Part shown: piece after piece, positions 21,315-31,341 of the stretch
How positions within the stretch are numbered: position 1 is the first letter of the stretch
Layout: every line of letters starts with the position of its first letter
Origin: Chloroflexota bacterium
Lineage (GTDB): Bacteria > Chloroflexota > Dehalococcoidia > Lucifugimonadales > UBA3495
Assembly: GCA_027623675.1 (NCBI GenBank)
Contig: JAQBVF010000001.1
Location: 64,001 to 128,000, forward strand
Direction of reading: 5' to 3'
Length of the DNA stretch: 64,000 bases
The notes under the pieces: model-generated
The model's input: the letters and a program-made list of their open reading frames with translations, nothing else
What the model was told of the DNA's origin: nothing
Database searches by the model: none
Program-made: the position numbers and the translations under genes

Positions 21315-22310
21315 ATGGTAGACGTTTATTACGACAAGGACGCAGACCTGGCCCACTTGGCCGGCAAGACCATCGGCATGGTTGGCTACGGCAGCCAGGG
21401 CCACGCCCACGCCCTGAACCTGAAGGACAACGGCCAGAACGTGGTGGTTGGCCTTTATCCCGAAAGCCCCAGCCGGGCCGTGGCCGAAGCCGCCGGTCTG
21501 CGGGTTGCGGATGTGCCCGAGGTCGCCAAAGAAGCCGACGTGCTGATGATGGTCATTCCCGACCACATCCAAGGTCGCGTCTACCGCGAGCAGATCGAGC
21601 CGCACCTCCGGCCCGGCAGCGCCTTGATGGTGGCCCACGGGTTCAGCATCCACTACCGCGAGATCGTTCCGCCGGAAACCGTGGATGTCATGATGGTGGC
21701 CCCCAAGGCCCCCGGTCACCGCATGCGCGAGCTTTTCACCGAGGGCGTTGGCGTCCCCAGCCTGTTGGCGGTGCACCAAGACGCCACCGGTCACGCCAAA
21801 GACATCGGCCTGGCCTATGCCAAGGGCATCGGCAGCACCGGCTCCGGCGTGCTGATGACCACCATCAAGAACGAGACCGAGAGCGACCTGTTCGGCGAGC
21901 AAGCCATCCTCTGCGGCGGCGTGAGCGCCCTGGTCAAAGCAGCTTTCGATACCCTGGTGGAAGGCGGCTATCCCCCGGAGATTGCCTTCTTCGAGTGCCT
22001 CCACGAGCTTAAGATGATCGTCGACCTGATGTACCAGGGTGGCTTCAACTACATGCGCTACTCGGTCAGCGACACCGCCGAGTACGGCGACCTGACCCGC
22101 GGACCGCGCATCATCGACGAGCACGTCCGGGACAACATGCGGGCGGTGTTGAAAGAGATCCAGGACGGCACCTTCGCCAGGGAATGGATCGCCGAGAACG
22201 ACGAAGGCCGCCCCCGGTTCAATCCCCTGCGCGAGCAGGCCCAACACAGCCAGATCGAGGACATCGGCAAGGAACTTAGGGCCATGATGCCCTGGATGGA
22301 CCCGAAATAA
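21315..22310 (+). CDS. ilvC: Ketol-acid reductoisomerase
   Basis: [36 protein letters not shown] and SDTAEYG motifs. Confidence 0.97.
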   Translation: MVDVYYDKDADLAHLAGKTIGMVGYGSQGHAHALNLKDNGQNVVVGLYPESPSRAVAEAAGLRVADVPEVAKEADVLMMVIPDHIQGRVYREQIEPHLRPGSALMVAHGFSIHYREIVPPETVDVMMVAPKAPGHRMRELFTEGVGVPSLLAVHQDATGHAKDIGLAYAKGIGSTGSGVLMTTIKNETESDLFGEQAILCGGVSALVKAAFDTLVEGGYPPEIAFFECLHELKMIVDLMYQGGFNYMRYSVSDTAEYGDLTRGPRIIDEHVRDNMRAVLKEIQDGTFAREWIAENDEGRPRFNPLREQAQHSQIEDIGKELRAMMPWMDPK

Positions 22311-22327
22311 AGGCCTCACCGCGGACC

Positions 22328-22405
22328 TGTCATTCTGACGAGTGAAGCGAGGAAGAATCTTCCAATCATCTAATTGGCAGACCCTTCGCTACGCTCAGGG
22401 TGACA
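22328..22405. repeat. REP/MITE-like inverted-repeat element (TGTCATTCTGA...TCAGGGTGACA)
   Basis: Terminal inverted repeats TGTCA/TGACA with internal GAAGCGA..GAAGAATCT / AGACCCTTCGCT arms. Confidence 0.65.
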
Positions 22406-22545
22406 TCTTGGCAGTGCTGTTTATGCCCCCCAACAGACACTGACGGTGCTCTTGGGGCAAAGCGTTAAATAGTGATCTCGCAACCTGGATATTTCGGCAG
22501 AACGAATCATTGGGAGCAATGTCATGAGAAATCTGGAGGCGCTGA

Positions 22546-22600
22546 GTGTAGTCCACCATCGCCCGCTGGTCCTGGCTGGGCTGGCGGCGGTGGACTACAT
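22546..22600. repeat. Long palindrome starting with GTAG (REP-doublet-like)
   Basis: TGTAGTCCACC...GGTGGACTACA perfect 11-bp arms extended by GC pairs. Confidence 0.55.
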
Positions 22601-22686
22601 GCCCCTGCGACACCTTTCTGAAAGCCGCAGTTAGTGGACATAGCAGCTCAAAACCACCAACATCAGAAAGGGACTAGGTAATTAAA

Positions 22687-24252
<1,566 letters not shown>

Positions 24253-24359
24253 GCGGAGGCTGCAAAAGCGGCAAAAAACATGGGCTCCGGCGTCTCCCGG
24301 CATATCGGGAAGGCAGTCGGACCGGCTAAACCGGGGTAACTCCGGACGGCAAGGATCGG

Positions 24360-24399
24360 AAAAGCGGCATCGCTACTTAGCGGTGCCGCTTTCTTGTTT
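24360..24399 (+). terminator. Intrinsic terminator after leuA
   Basis: AAAGCGGCATCGCT/AGCGGTGCCGCTTT hairpin plus TCTTGTTT. Confidence 0.7.
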
Positions 24400-24467
24400 G
24401 GCGGAGCCGGCGCGTGAGTAGGGCGCGGAACAAGAGTCCGGAGCGCCTCTGACTTAAGCCGGCGTGA

Positions 24468-24513
24468 TTGACGAGACCGGCAGTGGCTAAGTATTATCGA
24501 TAATCGATATCGA
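24468..24513 (+). promoter_or_regulatory. Promoter with overlapping palindromic operator upstream of the padR gene
   Basis: TTGACG-18 bp-TATTAT, overlapped by ATTATCGATAAT and TCGATATCGA palindromes. Confidence 0.55.
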
Positions 24514-24515
24514 AT

Positions 24516-24866
24516 ATGGATACCAGACGCGACATACTCAGGGGCTTCATCAAAGTTCACATCCTCTTCCATGCCACCGAAGAACCGGTGTATGGATCGG
24601 GCCTTATTGAGGAACTGGGCCGCCACGGCTATCACGTGAGTCCTGGAACATTGTACCCATTACTGCATTCGATGCAGGAGGAGGGCTATCTGGTGAGTCA
24701 GCAAGAGGTCGTGGCGGGCAAGGCACGCCGGTATTACCGGTCAACGCAACTTGGAAAAGAGACACTGGTGGATGCTCAGGACAAGATCAGGGAACTGGTG
24801 TCCGAAGTTCTCGGACCCTTGCCGGGAGATGGACCAGGAGATGGGCGGGAAGATGGGACTCTATGA
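24516..24866 (+). CDS. PadR-family transcriptional regulator
   Basis: VYGSGLIEEL..GY.VSPGTLYPLL and RRYYRST.LG winged helix. Confidence 0.92.
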   Translation: MDTRRDILRGFIKVHILFHATEEPVYGSGLIEELGRHGYHVSPGTLYPLLHSMQEEGYLVSQQEVVAGKARRYYRSTQLGKETLVDAQDKIRELVSEVLGPLPGDGPGDGREDGTL

Positions 24867-26131
24867 GCGGGGACCCGCACGACGTTAGCCGATCGGCCGC
24901 CAGTCCCGTTGGGCCGGAAACCGAAACCTCCCCGCCGTCCGGTGGGTCGCCTTTCGAGGTGTTTTGGGTTGCTTTGCGCTTGGGCCTGACCTCTTTCGGA
25001 GGTCCTATCGCCCATCTGGGCTACTTCCGCGATGAGTATGTCGTGCGGCGGCCGTGGCTGAATGAGCAAAGCTACGCCGATATCGTGGCCCTTTGCCAGT
25101 TCCTGCCGGGTCCGGCCAGCAGCCAGGTGGGAATCATCGTTGGAATCGTCCGGGCCGGTCTTCTCGGTGGACTGTTCGCCTGGTTCGCCTTCACCCTGCC
25201 GTCAGCCATCGCCCTCGTCCTGTATGCCTATGGGGTCCGGGAATTCGACGTCAGCGGGGCGGCCTGGCTGCATGGCCTAAAAGTGGTGGCGGTGGCGGTC
25301 GTGGCCCAAGCGGTCTGGGGGATGAGCCGAAGTCTGGCTCCCGACCGTGAACGGGCGACCATAGCTATCTTGGCCATGGCCGCCGCTTTAGCCTGGCAGA
25401 CCGCAGCCGTGCAGGTGCTCATCATCTTGGGGGCGGGATTGGCCGGCTGGCGGTTGCTCCCCACGTCGCCCATCCAAGGTGAGCAAAAGAACCTGTCCAC
25501 CCGGATTCGCCCGTGGCTTGGCATCACGGCCCTGGCTCTGTTTGTTGTCATCTTAGGCGGGCTGCCTCTGCTGCGGCAGATAGAATCAAATCAGTGGCTG
25601 GCCGTGTTCGACAGCTTCTTCCGAGTGGGGTCGTTGGTGTTCGGCGGCGGCCACGTAGTATTGCCGTTGCTCCAATCAGAGGTCGTGGGGCCGGGCTGGT
25701 TGACCAACGAGCAGTTTGTTGCCGGGTACGGCGCGGCACAGGCTGTGCCAGGCCCGCTTTTCACATTCAGCGCGTATCTGGGTACGTTACTCCAAACCCA
25801 GCCGAACGGGGTAGCCGGGGCGGCCTTGGCGCTAGCGGCAATATTTGCGCCGTCTTTCTTGCTTGTGATAGGTGTGCTTCCATTCTGGGACGCGTTGAGG
25901 ATGCAGCCGGCACTCCAATCAGCGCTGCGGGGGATCAATGCCGCGGTGGTCGGTCTGCTCCTGGCCGCGTTATACACTCCGGTGTGGACCAGCGCCATCG
26001 AAGGCCCTTCCGACTTTGGCCTGGCGGCCGTGGCCCTTGGGCTGCTCATGCTCTGGAAGTGGCCTCCTTGGCTGGTCGTCGTATTGACCGCCGGCGGCAG
26101 CTCGGTTTTGGCCGCCCTGCCTAGCCTATGA
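24863..26131 (+). CDS. chrA: Chromate ion transporter (long-chain CHR)
   Basis: LGLTSFGGP, QFLPGPASSQ, FGGGHVVLP and QAVPGP motifs; ATGA-coupled to padR. Confidence 0.92.
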   Translation: MSGDPHDVSRSAASPVGPETETSPPSGGSPFEVFWVALRLGLTSFGGPIAHLGYFRDEYVVRRPWLNEQSYADIVALCQFLPGPASSQVGIIVGIVRAGLLGGLFAWFAFTLPSAIALVLYAYGVREFDVSGAAWLHGLKVVAVAVVAQAVWGMSRSLAPDRERATIAILAMAAALAWQTAAVQVLIILGAGLAGWRLLPTSPIQGEQKNLSTRIRPWLGITALALFVVILGGLPLLRQIESNQWLAVFDSFFRVGSLVFGGGHVVLPLLQSEVVGPGWLTNEQFVAGYGAAQAVPGPLFTFSAYLGTLLQTQPNGVAGAALALAAIFAPSFLLVIGVLPFWDALRMQPALQSALRGINAAVVGLLLAALYTPVWTSAIEGPSDFGLAAVALGLLMLWKWPPWLVVVLTAGGSSVLAALPSL

Positions 26132-26208
26132 AAACCATGGAGGCGGTCTCCGTCTGACACTGGCAGCGCCGGGGAACTACGGATTATCACGATTGGGCTG
26201 AGAGCGAA

Positions 26209-26238
26209 CCTGTCTTGACAGCGATCGCAAATAAGGTT
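26209..26238 (+). pseudogene. Short remnant encoding PVLTAIANKV (second copy of a cytochrome P450-like C-terminal fragment)
   Basis: Same 10 amino acids as 26505-26534; all nucleotide differences are synonymous. Confidence 0.5.
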
Positions 26239-26286
26239 TGGACGGCTTCCGCCGTACTCCCAGGGGCGTTAGGCCGGTGAGAGCCC

Positions 26287-26499
26287 CTAAACCAGCTTCA
26301 TCTGGAAGCCCTTGTCCTGCTGCTGGCCTCGGGCGTTCAGGTGGACGGCCGGGTAGCCCAGCTCCCGCTGCCGCGCGGATAGTTCAGGGAAGCCGCTGAC
26401 GGTGTGGACCTGCTTGGGACCGACTGCTTTCACGAATTCGACCAGCATGTCGAATCCGAGGTGGCCGCTATCAGGTACACTGGCATCGGCGGCCCAGCC
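26287..26499 (-). pseudogene. Diverged duplicate of the last ~70 codons of the MBL-fold nuclease gene (29518-29730)
   Basis: Translates GWAADASVPDSGHLGFDML...PAVHLNARGQQQDKGFQMKLV* versus intact GWAADASLPYSDHPDFNEL...PAVHLNARGHKQDAGFQMKLV*. Confidence 0.9.
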
Positions 26500-26504
26500 C
26501 CCTG

Positions 26505-26627
26505 CCGGTGCTAACGGCCATCGCGAACAAGGTGGAGCCCATCGAACTTGCAGGCGATGCGGTGTGGCGTCGCAACAACTCCGTCCACACCCTGGTCCGG
26601 TTGCGAGTAATGATTCGAGGCGGTTGA
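26505..26627 (+). pseudogene. Cytochrome P450-like C-terminal remnant
   Basis: PVLTAIANKVEPIELAGDAVWRRNNSVHTLVRLRVMIRGG* resembles the helix-L end and beta-4 region of bacterial P450s. It has no start and no heme Cys. Confidence 0.55.
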
Positions 26628-27325
26628 TGCAGGCGCTCTTCGGTAATGGAGATGACCCATAGCGACCGGAAAACTGGGCTGCTGTCGGCGGCCCAGTTTT
26701 GTCTCTGATCTTCAGATAAGCTGTCCCCTATAGGCGGCGCAAAAACGATTATCATGAATAGGATTCTTTGAGAGATGCCGACCTAGCCGATGGAAAACCC
26801 GAAAACCACGTCTGAAATGACTCAGATCGCGGCTGGAAAACAGGCCCGGCCAGTCTGGTCATCTCAGCGAATCTTTATCATCGCGTCGATCGCCGGAGTG
26901 GTCGGCCTAGGCAATATCTGGCGTTTCCCCTACATGGTGGGGCAGAACGGAGGGGGGACGTTCATCGTCGCCTACGCCATCTGCATCTTTGCCATCGGAT
27001 TTCCCATCATGGTACTCGAGTCGAGCGCCGGTAATCTCACCGACCGTGGCCCAGTTGGGACCTTCCGTCACCTCAACAAGCGGTGGGGACCATGGATCGG
27101 ATGGTTCCTGGTAGCTCTCACCGTTTCGATCATGAGCTACTACTTCGTTGTGACCGGATGGACCCTTGGCTACATGGTCGATGCGATCCTTGGCAGGCTG
27201 GAATCGTTCGACGATTTTACGTCCGGTTTTTCTTCGCTGGGTTATTTCTTCGCGGTGGCCATACTGGTTCTGGTGGTGATGTCCAAAGGGATCGAATACC
27301 TGGAGAAGTGAGGTGGACCCCATCA

Positions 27326-28267
27326 TTAAGACAGGATTGGGGCAGGATTAAGTGAGGGTCCCGCTGTGTTTCCAAAGTCTACCAATTCTCTGCCTGGCAG
27401 CCACCTCCTCTCTTTCGCCTCTTCGTTCCATTCCGCCGTCTTTGAGTTGAACACCTCAGCGGGTGTCCGGTAGCCCAGCGCCTGATGGGGCCTCTGGATG
27501 TTGTAGAACCGGAAGTAGTTGTCGATCCCGTCCCTGGCCTCCCGTCCGCCTGAGTAGGCCTTCAGGTAGACCTCCTCGTACTTCACCGTCCGCCACAGCC
27601 TTTCCACGAAGATGTTATCGGAGTACCGCCCTTTCCCGTCCATGCTGATCCTGACTCCGTGTCGCTGTAGGAGCCCGGTGAAGGCCTCGCCGGTGAACTG
27701 GCTCCCCTGGTCGGTGTTGAAGACCTCCGGTTTCCCCCTGCACAGCGCTTCTCCCAATGCTTCGACGCAGAAGTCGGCGTCCAGGGTGTTGGACAGACGC
27801 CAGGCGACCACGTGGCGGCTGTACCAGTCCATGATGGCCACCAGGTAGAGAAAGCCACGGGCCATCGGGATGTAGGTGATGTCCGCCGCCCACGCCTGGT
27901 TGGGCCTGGTGATCTCCATCCCTCCCAGCAGGTACGGATAGACCTTGTGCCCTGGTCCCGGCCGGCTGGTCCTCGGACGCCGGTAGATGGCGGTAAGCCC
28001 CATGGTCTGCATCAGCCGCTGCACCCGCTTCCGGTTCACCTGGCAGCCCTGACGTCCCAGCCAGGCCTTCATGCGCCGGGACCCGTAGAAGGGCGTGGCC
28101 AAGTACTGCTGATCGATCTGCTTCATCAGGGCCAGGTCCTCGCAGGATGTTCCCCTGGGCCGGTAGTAGAGGCAGGAGCGGCTGACGCCCAGCAGGGCGC
28201 ATTGCCTAACTGTGGACAAGGCCGGGTGCCGCCGGTCCACCATCTCCCGCCGCCGCTCCCGGCTCAT
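27326..28267 (-). CDS. IS3 transposase OrfB (DDE integrase core)
   Basis: [36 protein letters not shown] and RPHQAL motifs. Confidence 0.93.
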   Translation of the reverse strand: MSRERRREMVDRRHPALSTVRQCALLGVSRSCLYYRPRGTSCEDLALMKQIDQQYLATPFYGSRRMKAWLGRQGCQVNRKRVQRLMQTMGLTAIYRRPRTSRPGPGHKVYPYLLGGMEITRPNQAWAADITYIPMARGFLYLVAIMDWYSRHVVAWRLSNTLDADFCVEALGEALCRGKPEVFNTDQGSQFTGEAFTGLLQRHGVRISMDGKGRYSDNIFVERLWRTVKYEEVYLKAYSGGREARDGIDNYFRFYNIQRPHQALGYRTPAEVFNSKTAEWNEEAKERRWLPGRELVDFGNTAGPSLNPAPILS

Positions 28268-28548
28268 GGACCGGACCTTTCCCACAGAAAATCTCGCTCT
28301 ACCTTGAGCTGGCCGATCTGCTGGTAGAGCCGGGCCACCAGGGCGCCCTCGCCCTTCTGTCCTTTGTCCTGTTTCCCGTTGAAGATACCCGCCGCTCCTT
28401 CCAACAGAGCCTTCTTCCAGGCCTGGATCTGGCCGGGATGGACCTCGTACCGGATGGCTAGCTGGGCCACCGTTTCCTCGCCCTTGATGGCTTCCACGGC
28501 CACCTTGGCCTTGAACGTTGGGCTGTGCTTCCTCCGCTCTTTCGACAT
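28264..28548 (-). CDS. IS3 transposase OrfA (HTH)
   Basis: [13 protein letters not shown]...[15 protein letters not shown]; its stop overlaps the OrfB ATG in the -1 frame. Confidence 0.9.
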   Translation of the reverse strand: MSKERRKHSPTFKAKVAVEAIKGEETVAQLAIRYEVHPGQIQAWKKALLEGAAGIFNGKQDKGQKGEGALVARLYQQIGQLKVERDFLWERSGP

Positions 28549-29517
28549 GTCCCACTCCTCTTCCACAGCGACAGCTGCGGGTATTTTAGGAGCAGAACTC
28601 TCACTTAGCCAGCTGTCTGAAAAACCGGGTCCACCTCAAAGATCAGCCGGGTTATGTTGCCGCTGCTGGTGGTTGGAGTGATCGGCCTCGCTGTCTATTC
28701 CCAGACGCTGGAAGGGGCAGGCCAGGCTAATGACTTCTACTTTAGTTTTGACTCAGACCACTTCTGGAAGCTTCAAACCTGGCGGATGGCTGCCGGCCAA
28801 GCGTTTTACTCCCTGAGCATCGGCCTGGCGTTGTTAATCACCTATGGCAGCTACACACCTAATGGAGTCAATTTAGTTACTTCCTCGGTCGCCATCGTCG
28901 CCACCAACTCGTTCGTATCATTGATGGCCGGACTCATGGTGTTTCCCATCGTGTTCACCTTCGGAATCACTCCTGAAACTGGCAGCCAACTCTCCTTCAC
29001 AGCCTTTCCCGCCGTGTTTGGCGACCTGGCGGGAGGCAGGGCCATCAGCATTGTGTTCTTTGTCCTACTTTTCCTCGCCGCGTTTACGTCGTGCACCGGT
29101 GGGCTGGCAGTGGTGCTAGCCCCCATACGCGATGAATTTCAGACGCCAAGGTGGGCCGCCGCTGCCATCGGTGTGGCATTTGTCACGCTGCTGGGGATCC
29201 CGTCGGCGCTCAGCTTTACTTCGGTAGGCCTAGATATAAACGGCAAGCCGTTCTTAGACCTGATGGATCAAGTCACCGGATCAGGCGTGGTGATCGTCGC
29301 CGGCATATTGGGCGCCGGCCTGATTGCCTGGGGAATCGCGAAGGCGGACCTCTTGGCGGCCATGAATTCCAGATTGTCCAGCGAGTGGATCATCTACGTA
29401 GGCCGGTTTCTACCGGTCGGTGCCGTAGTGCTTCTCTTGGCCACTTATCTGTTCTGACCCTGGCCATTGCATCAAAAAATTGGAGCGGGGCTGTACGGTC
29501 GGTTGAAAACTAAGGGA

Positions 29518-30513
29518 CTAAACCAGCTTCATCTGGAAGCCAGCGTCCTGCTTATGGCCGCGGGCGTTCAGGTGGACGGCCGGGTAGCCCAGCTCCCTCA
29601 GGCGGGCGGCAAGCTCGGGGAAGCCGTTAACGGTGTAGACCTGCTTGGGGCCGACCGCTTTCACGTACTCCACCAGTTCGTTGAAGTCGGGATGATCGCT
29701 GTAGGGCAAACTGGCATCGGCGGCCCAGCCCCACGGAGTGTTGCCGCCCACCGCCCAGCCGGTCAGTTCCAGGGTCCGCTTCCTTGAGAACCCCTTCAGG
29801 ACCTCGCGCTTCTTGCCCGGTGGAAACAACAGCACCCAGCCGTCGGGCCATTCGCCCTCGAACATCCGCACGTGGCCCGGAAATTTCACACCTGCGTCCA
29901 GGTAGACCTGGGTTCCCAGGTAGATGCTCTCCTCGGCCATGACGTCGAACCCCTGGGCCAACAGGTGGTGGAGAATCTCTTGTGACTTGCCCAGCCGCCA
30001 GCCTTTAACCACCGGCCTCTCACCGCGGGACAGCCACATGCGAAGGGTCTTGTAGGCGGTGTCTAAGACCTGTTCTTGCTCCGGGAAAACGTACTCGGGC
30101 CGGCCATAGGTGCTCTCCATGACCAGGGTGTCGCACGGCACCACCTCCAACGGCTCGTTGGTGGGGCTGGGGCGGCTCTTGATGTCGCCGGTGTAGAGCA
30201 GCCGCTCTCCCGTCTCCTTGGACACGATCAAAGCCTGAGCGGAACCCAGGCAATGCCCAGCGGGATGCAGGGTCATGGTGTAGGACGGGGTCTCGTATGG
30301 TTGGTGGTAGTCGAGGAGCACTGGCGCCGATCTGTCGAGGTAATCGCCCAGCAGATTGGCCGTGTTGGGGGTGAGCACGGGACGGGCGTGGCGGCCGGTG
30401 TGGTCGGAGTGGGCGTGGGAGATCAGGGAGAATTCGCGCTTCCTGGTGGAGTCCAGCCAGAGGTCAACTTCGGGCAGGTAAACGCCGCTTTTGAACACTG
30501 CCTGCACAGACAC
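29518..30513 (-). CDS. MBL-fold/beta-CASP nuclease (ligase-associated exonuclease-like)
   Basis: SHAHSDH, AGHCLGS, YTGD, ESTYG, GKSQE and YSDH motifs. Confidence 0.88.
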   Translation of the reverse strand: MSVQAVFKSGVYLPEVDLWLDSTRKREFSLISHAHSDHTGRHARPVLTPNTANLLGDYLDRSAPVLLDYHQPYETPSYTMTLHPAGHCLGSAQALIVSKETGERLLYTGDIKSRPSPTNEPLEVVPCDTLVMESTYGRPEYVFPEQEQVLDTAYKTLRMWLSRGERPVVKGWRLGKSQEILHHLLAQGFDVMAEESIYLGTQVYLDAGVKFPGHVRMFEGEWPDGWVLLFPPGKKREVLKGFSRKRTLELTGWAVGGNTPWGWAADASLPYSDHPDFNELVEYVKAVGPKQVYTVNGFPELAARLRELGYPAVHLNARGHKQDAGFQMKLV

Positions 30514-30714
30514 ATCCCCACATCAAATATCCGGCCGTTCCCAGGCTGGCCAACGCGGCCAAGTATATCACGCAGCGCGGCGGTGATAAGCTGCCGGACC
30601 GCCTCGCCCATCGGCAGAAACAGGTGCCTCCCATCCCATTGTGCGGTATACTCTGCTGGGCGCTCCCGCGGACTCGATCTCCCAGCGCTCAAATCTTTAT
30701 CTTAAGGCGGGAAT

Positions 30715-31176
30715 ATGCCAGCAGAGATTGGCGATGTGGCCCCCGATTTCAAACTTCCCTCCCCGGATGGGGACGTCTCACTGAGCGACTACAAGGGCAA
30801 CAAGACGGTTGTTCTTTCGTTCCACGTATTTGATTTCACCTCTGGTTGAACCACGCAAGCAACCTCGTTCCGTCAGGAGTACAAGCGGTTCGAGGATGGA
30901 AATGCCCAGGTCCTGGGCATCAGTTGCGACACCGTCCCATCCCACCGGGCCTGGAGCACGGCTCTGGGCGGACTGCCTTATCCCGAGCTATCCGACTTTC
31001 ACCCCAAGGGCGAAACTTCCAAGGCCTACGGATTGTGGAACGAAGAGCGCGGGGCCAGCAACCGGGCTGTGATCATAATCGACAAAGAGGGTGTGGTCCG
31101 GTTCCGGGAGACCTATCAGCCGGGCATCCTGCCTGACCCGAGTGTCATCATGGATTTCGTGGAGGGCCTTGGTTAA
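30715..31176 (+). CDS. Peroxiredoxin (AhpC/TSA, AhpE-like), probable selenoprotein with Sec at codon 45
   Basis: MPAEIGDVAPDFKL...SLSDYKG..VVLSFHVFDFTSG-TGA(30847-30849)-TTQ...QVLGISCD...RAVIIIDKEGVVRF...*. The Prx fold continues in frame across the TGA. Confidence 0.88.
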
Positions 31177-31204
31177 CAGGGAAACCACCGGGGCTTAGCT
31201 CATC

Positions 31205-31240
31205 AAAAAGGCGTCCAAAACAATGGACGCCTTTTTCTTT
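31205..31240. terminator. Bidirectional terminator after prx
   Basis: AAAAAGGCGTCCA...TGGACGCCTTTTT. Confidence 0.8.
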
Positions 31241-31282
31241 GGTTTTTATGCCAGCTCATTCACGGGTCATATTTTGGCGATA

Positions 31283-31318
31283 AGAAAGGCTGACCTGCAA
31301 ATGCGGGCCAGCCTTTCT
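31283..31318 (-). terminator. Terminator after greA
   Basis: AGAAAGGCTG..CAGCCTTTCT hairpin. Confidence 0.65.
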
Positions 31319-31341
31319 GCGTTCGAAGGGTATCCGGGGGG

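Larger units (their letters stand above)
27309..28638 (-). mobile_element. IS3-family insertion sequence, 1330 bp, 3-bp target duplication AAG
   Basis: Imperfect 26-bp terminal IRs TGAGGTGGACCC-N8-AGACAG with TG...CA ends; AAG at 27306-27308 and 28639-28641. Confidence 0.95.
26790..29457 (+). pseudogene. Sodium:neurotransmitter symporter (SNF/NSS) family transporter interrupted by IS3
   Basis: GVVGLGNIWRFPY..GGG in the 5' half and QAFYSLSIG / FLAAFTS in the 3' half. Removing the IS and one AAG restores the frame ...GIEYLEK-ISRVMLPLL... Confidence 0.92.
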
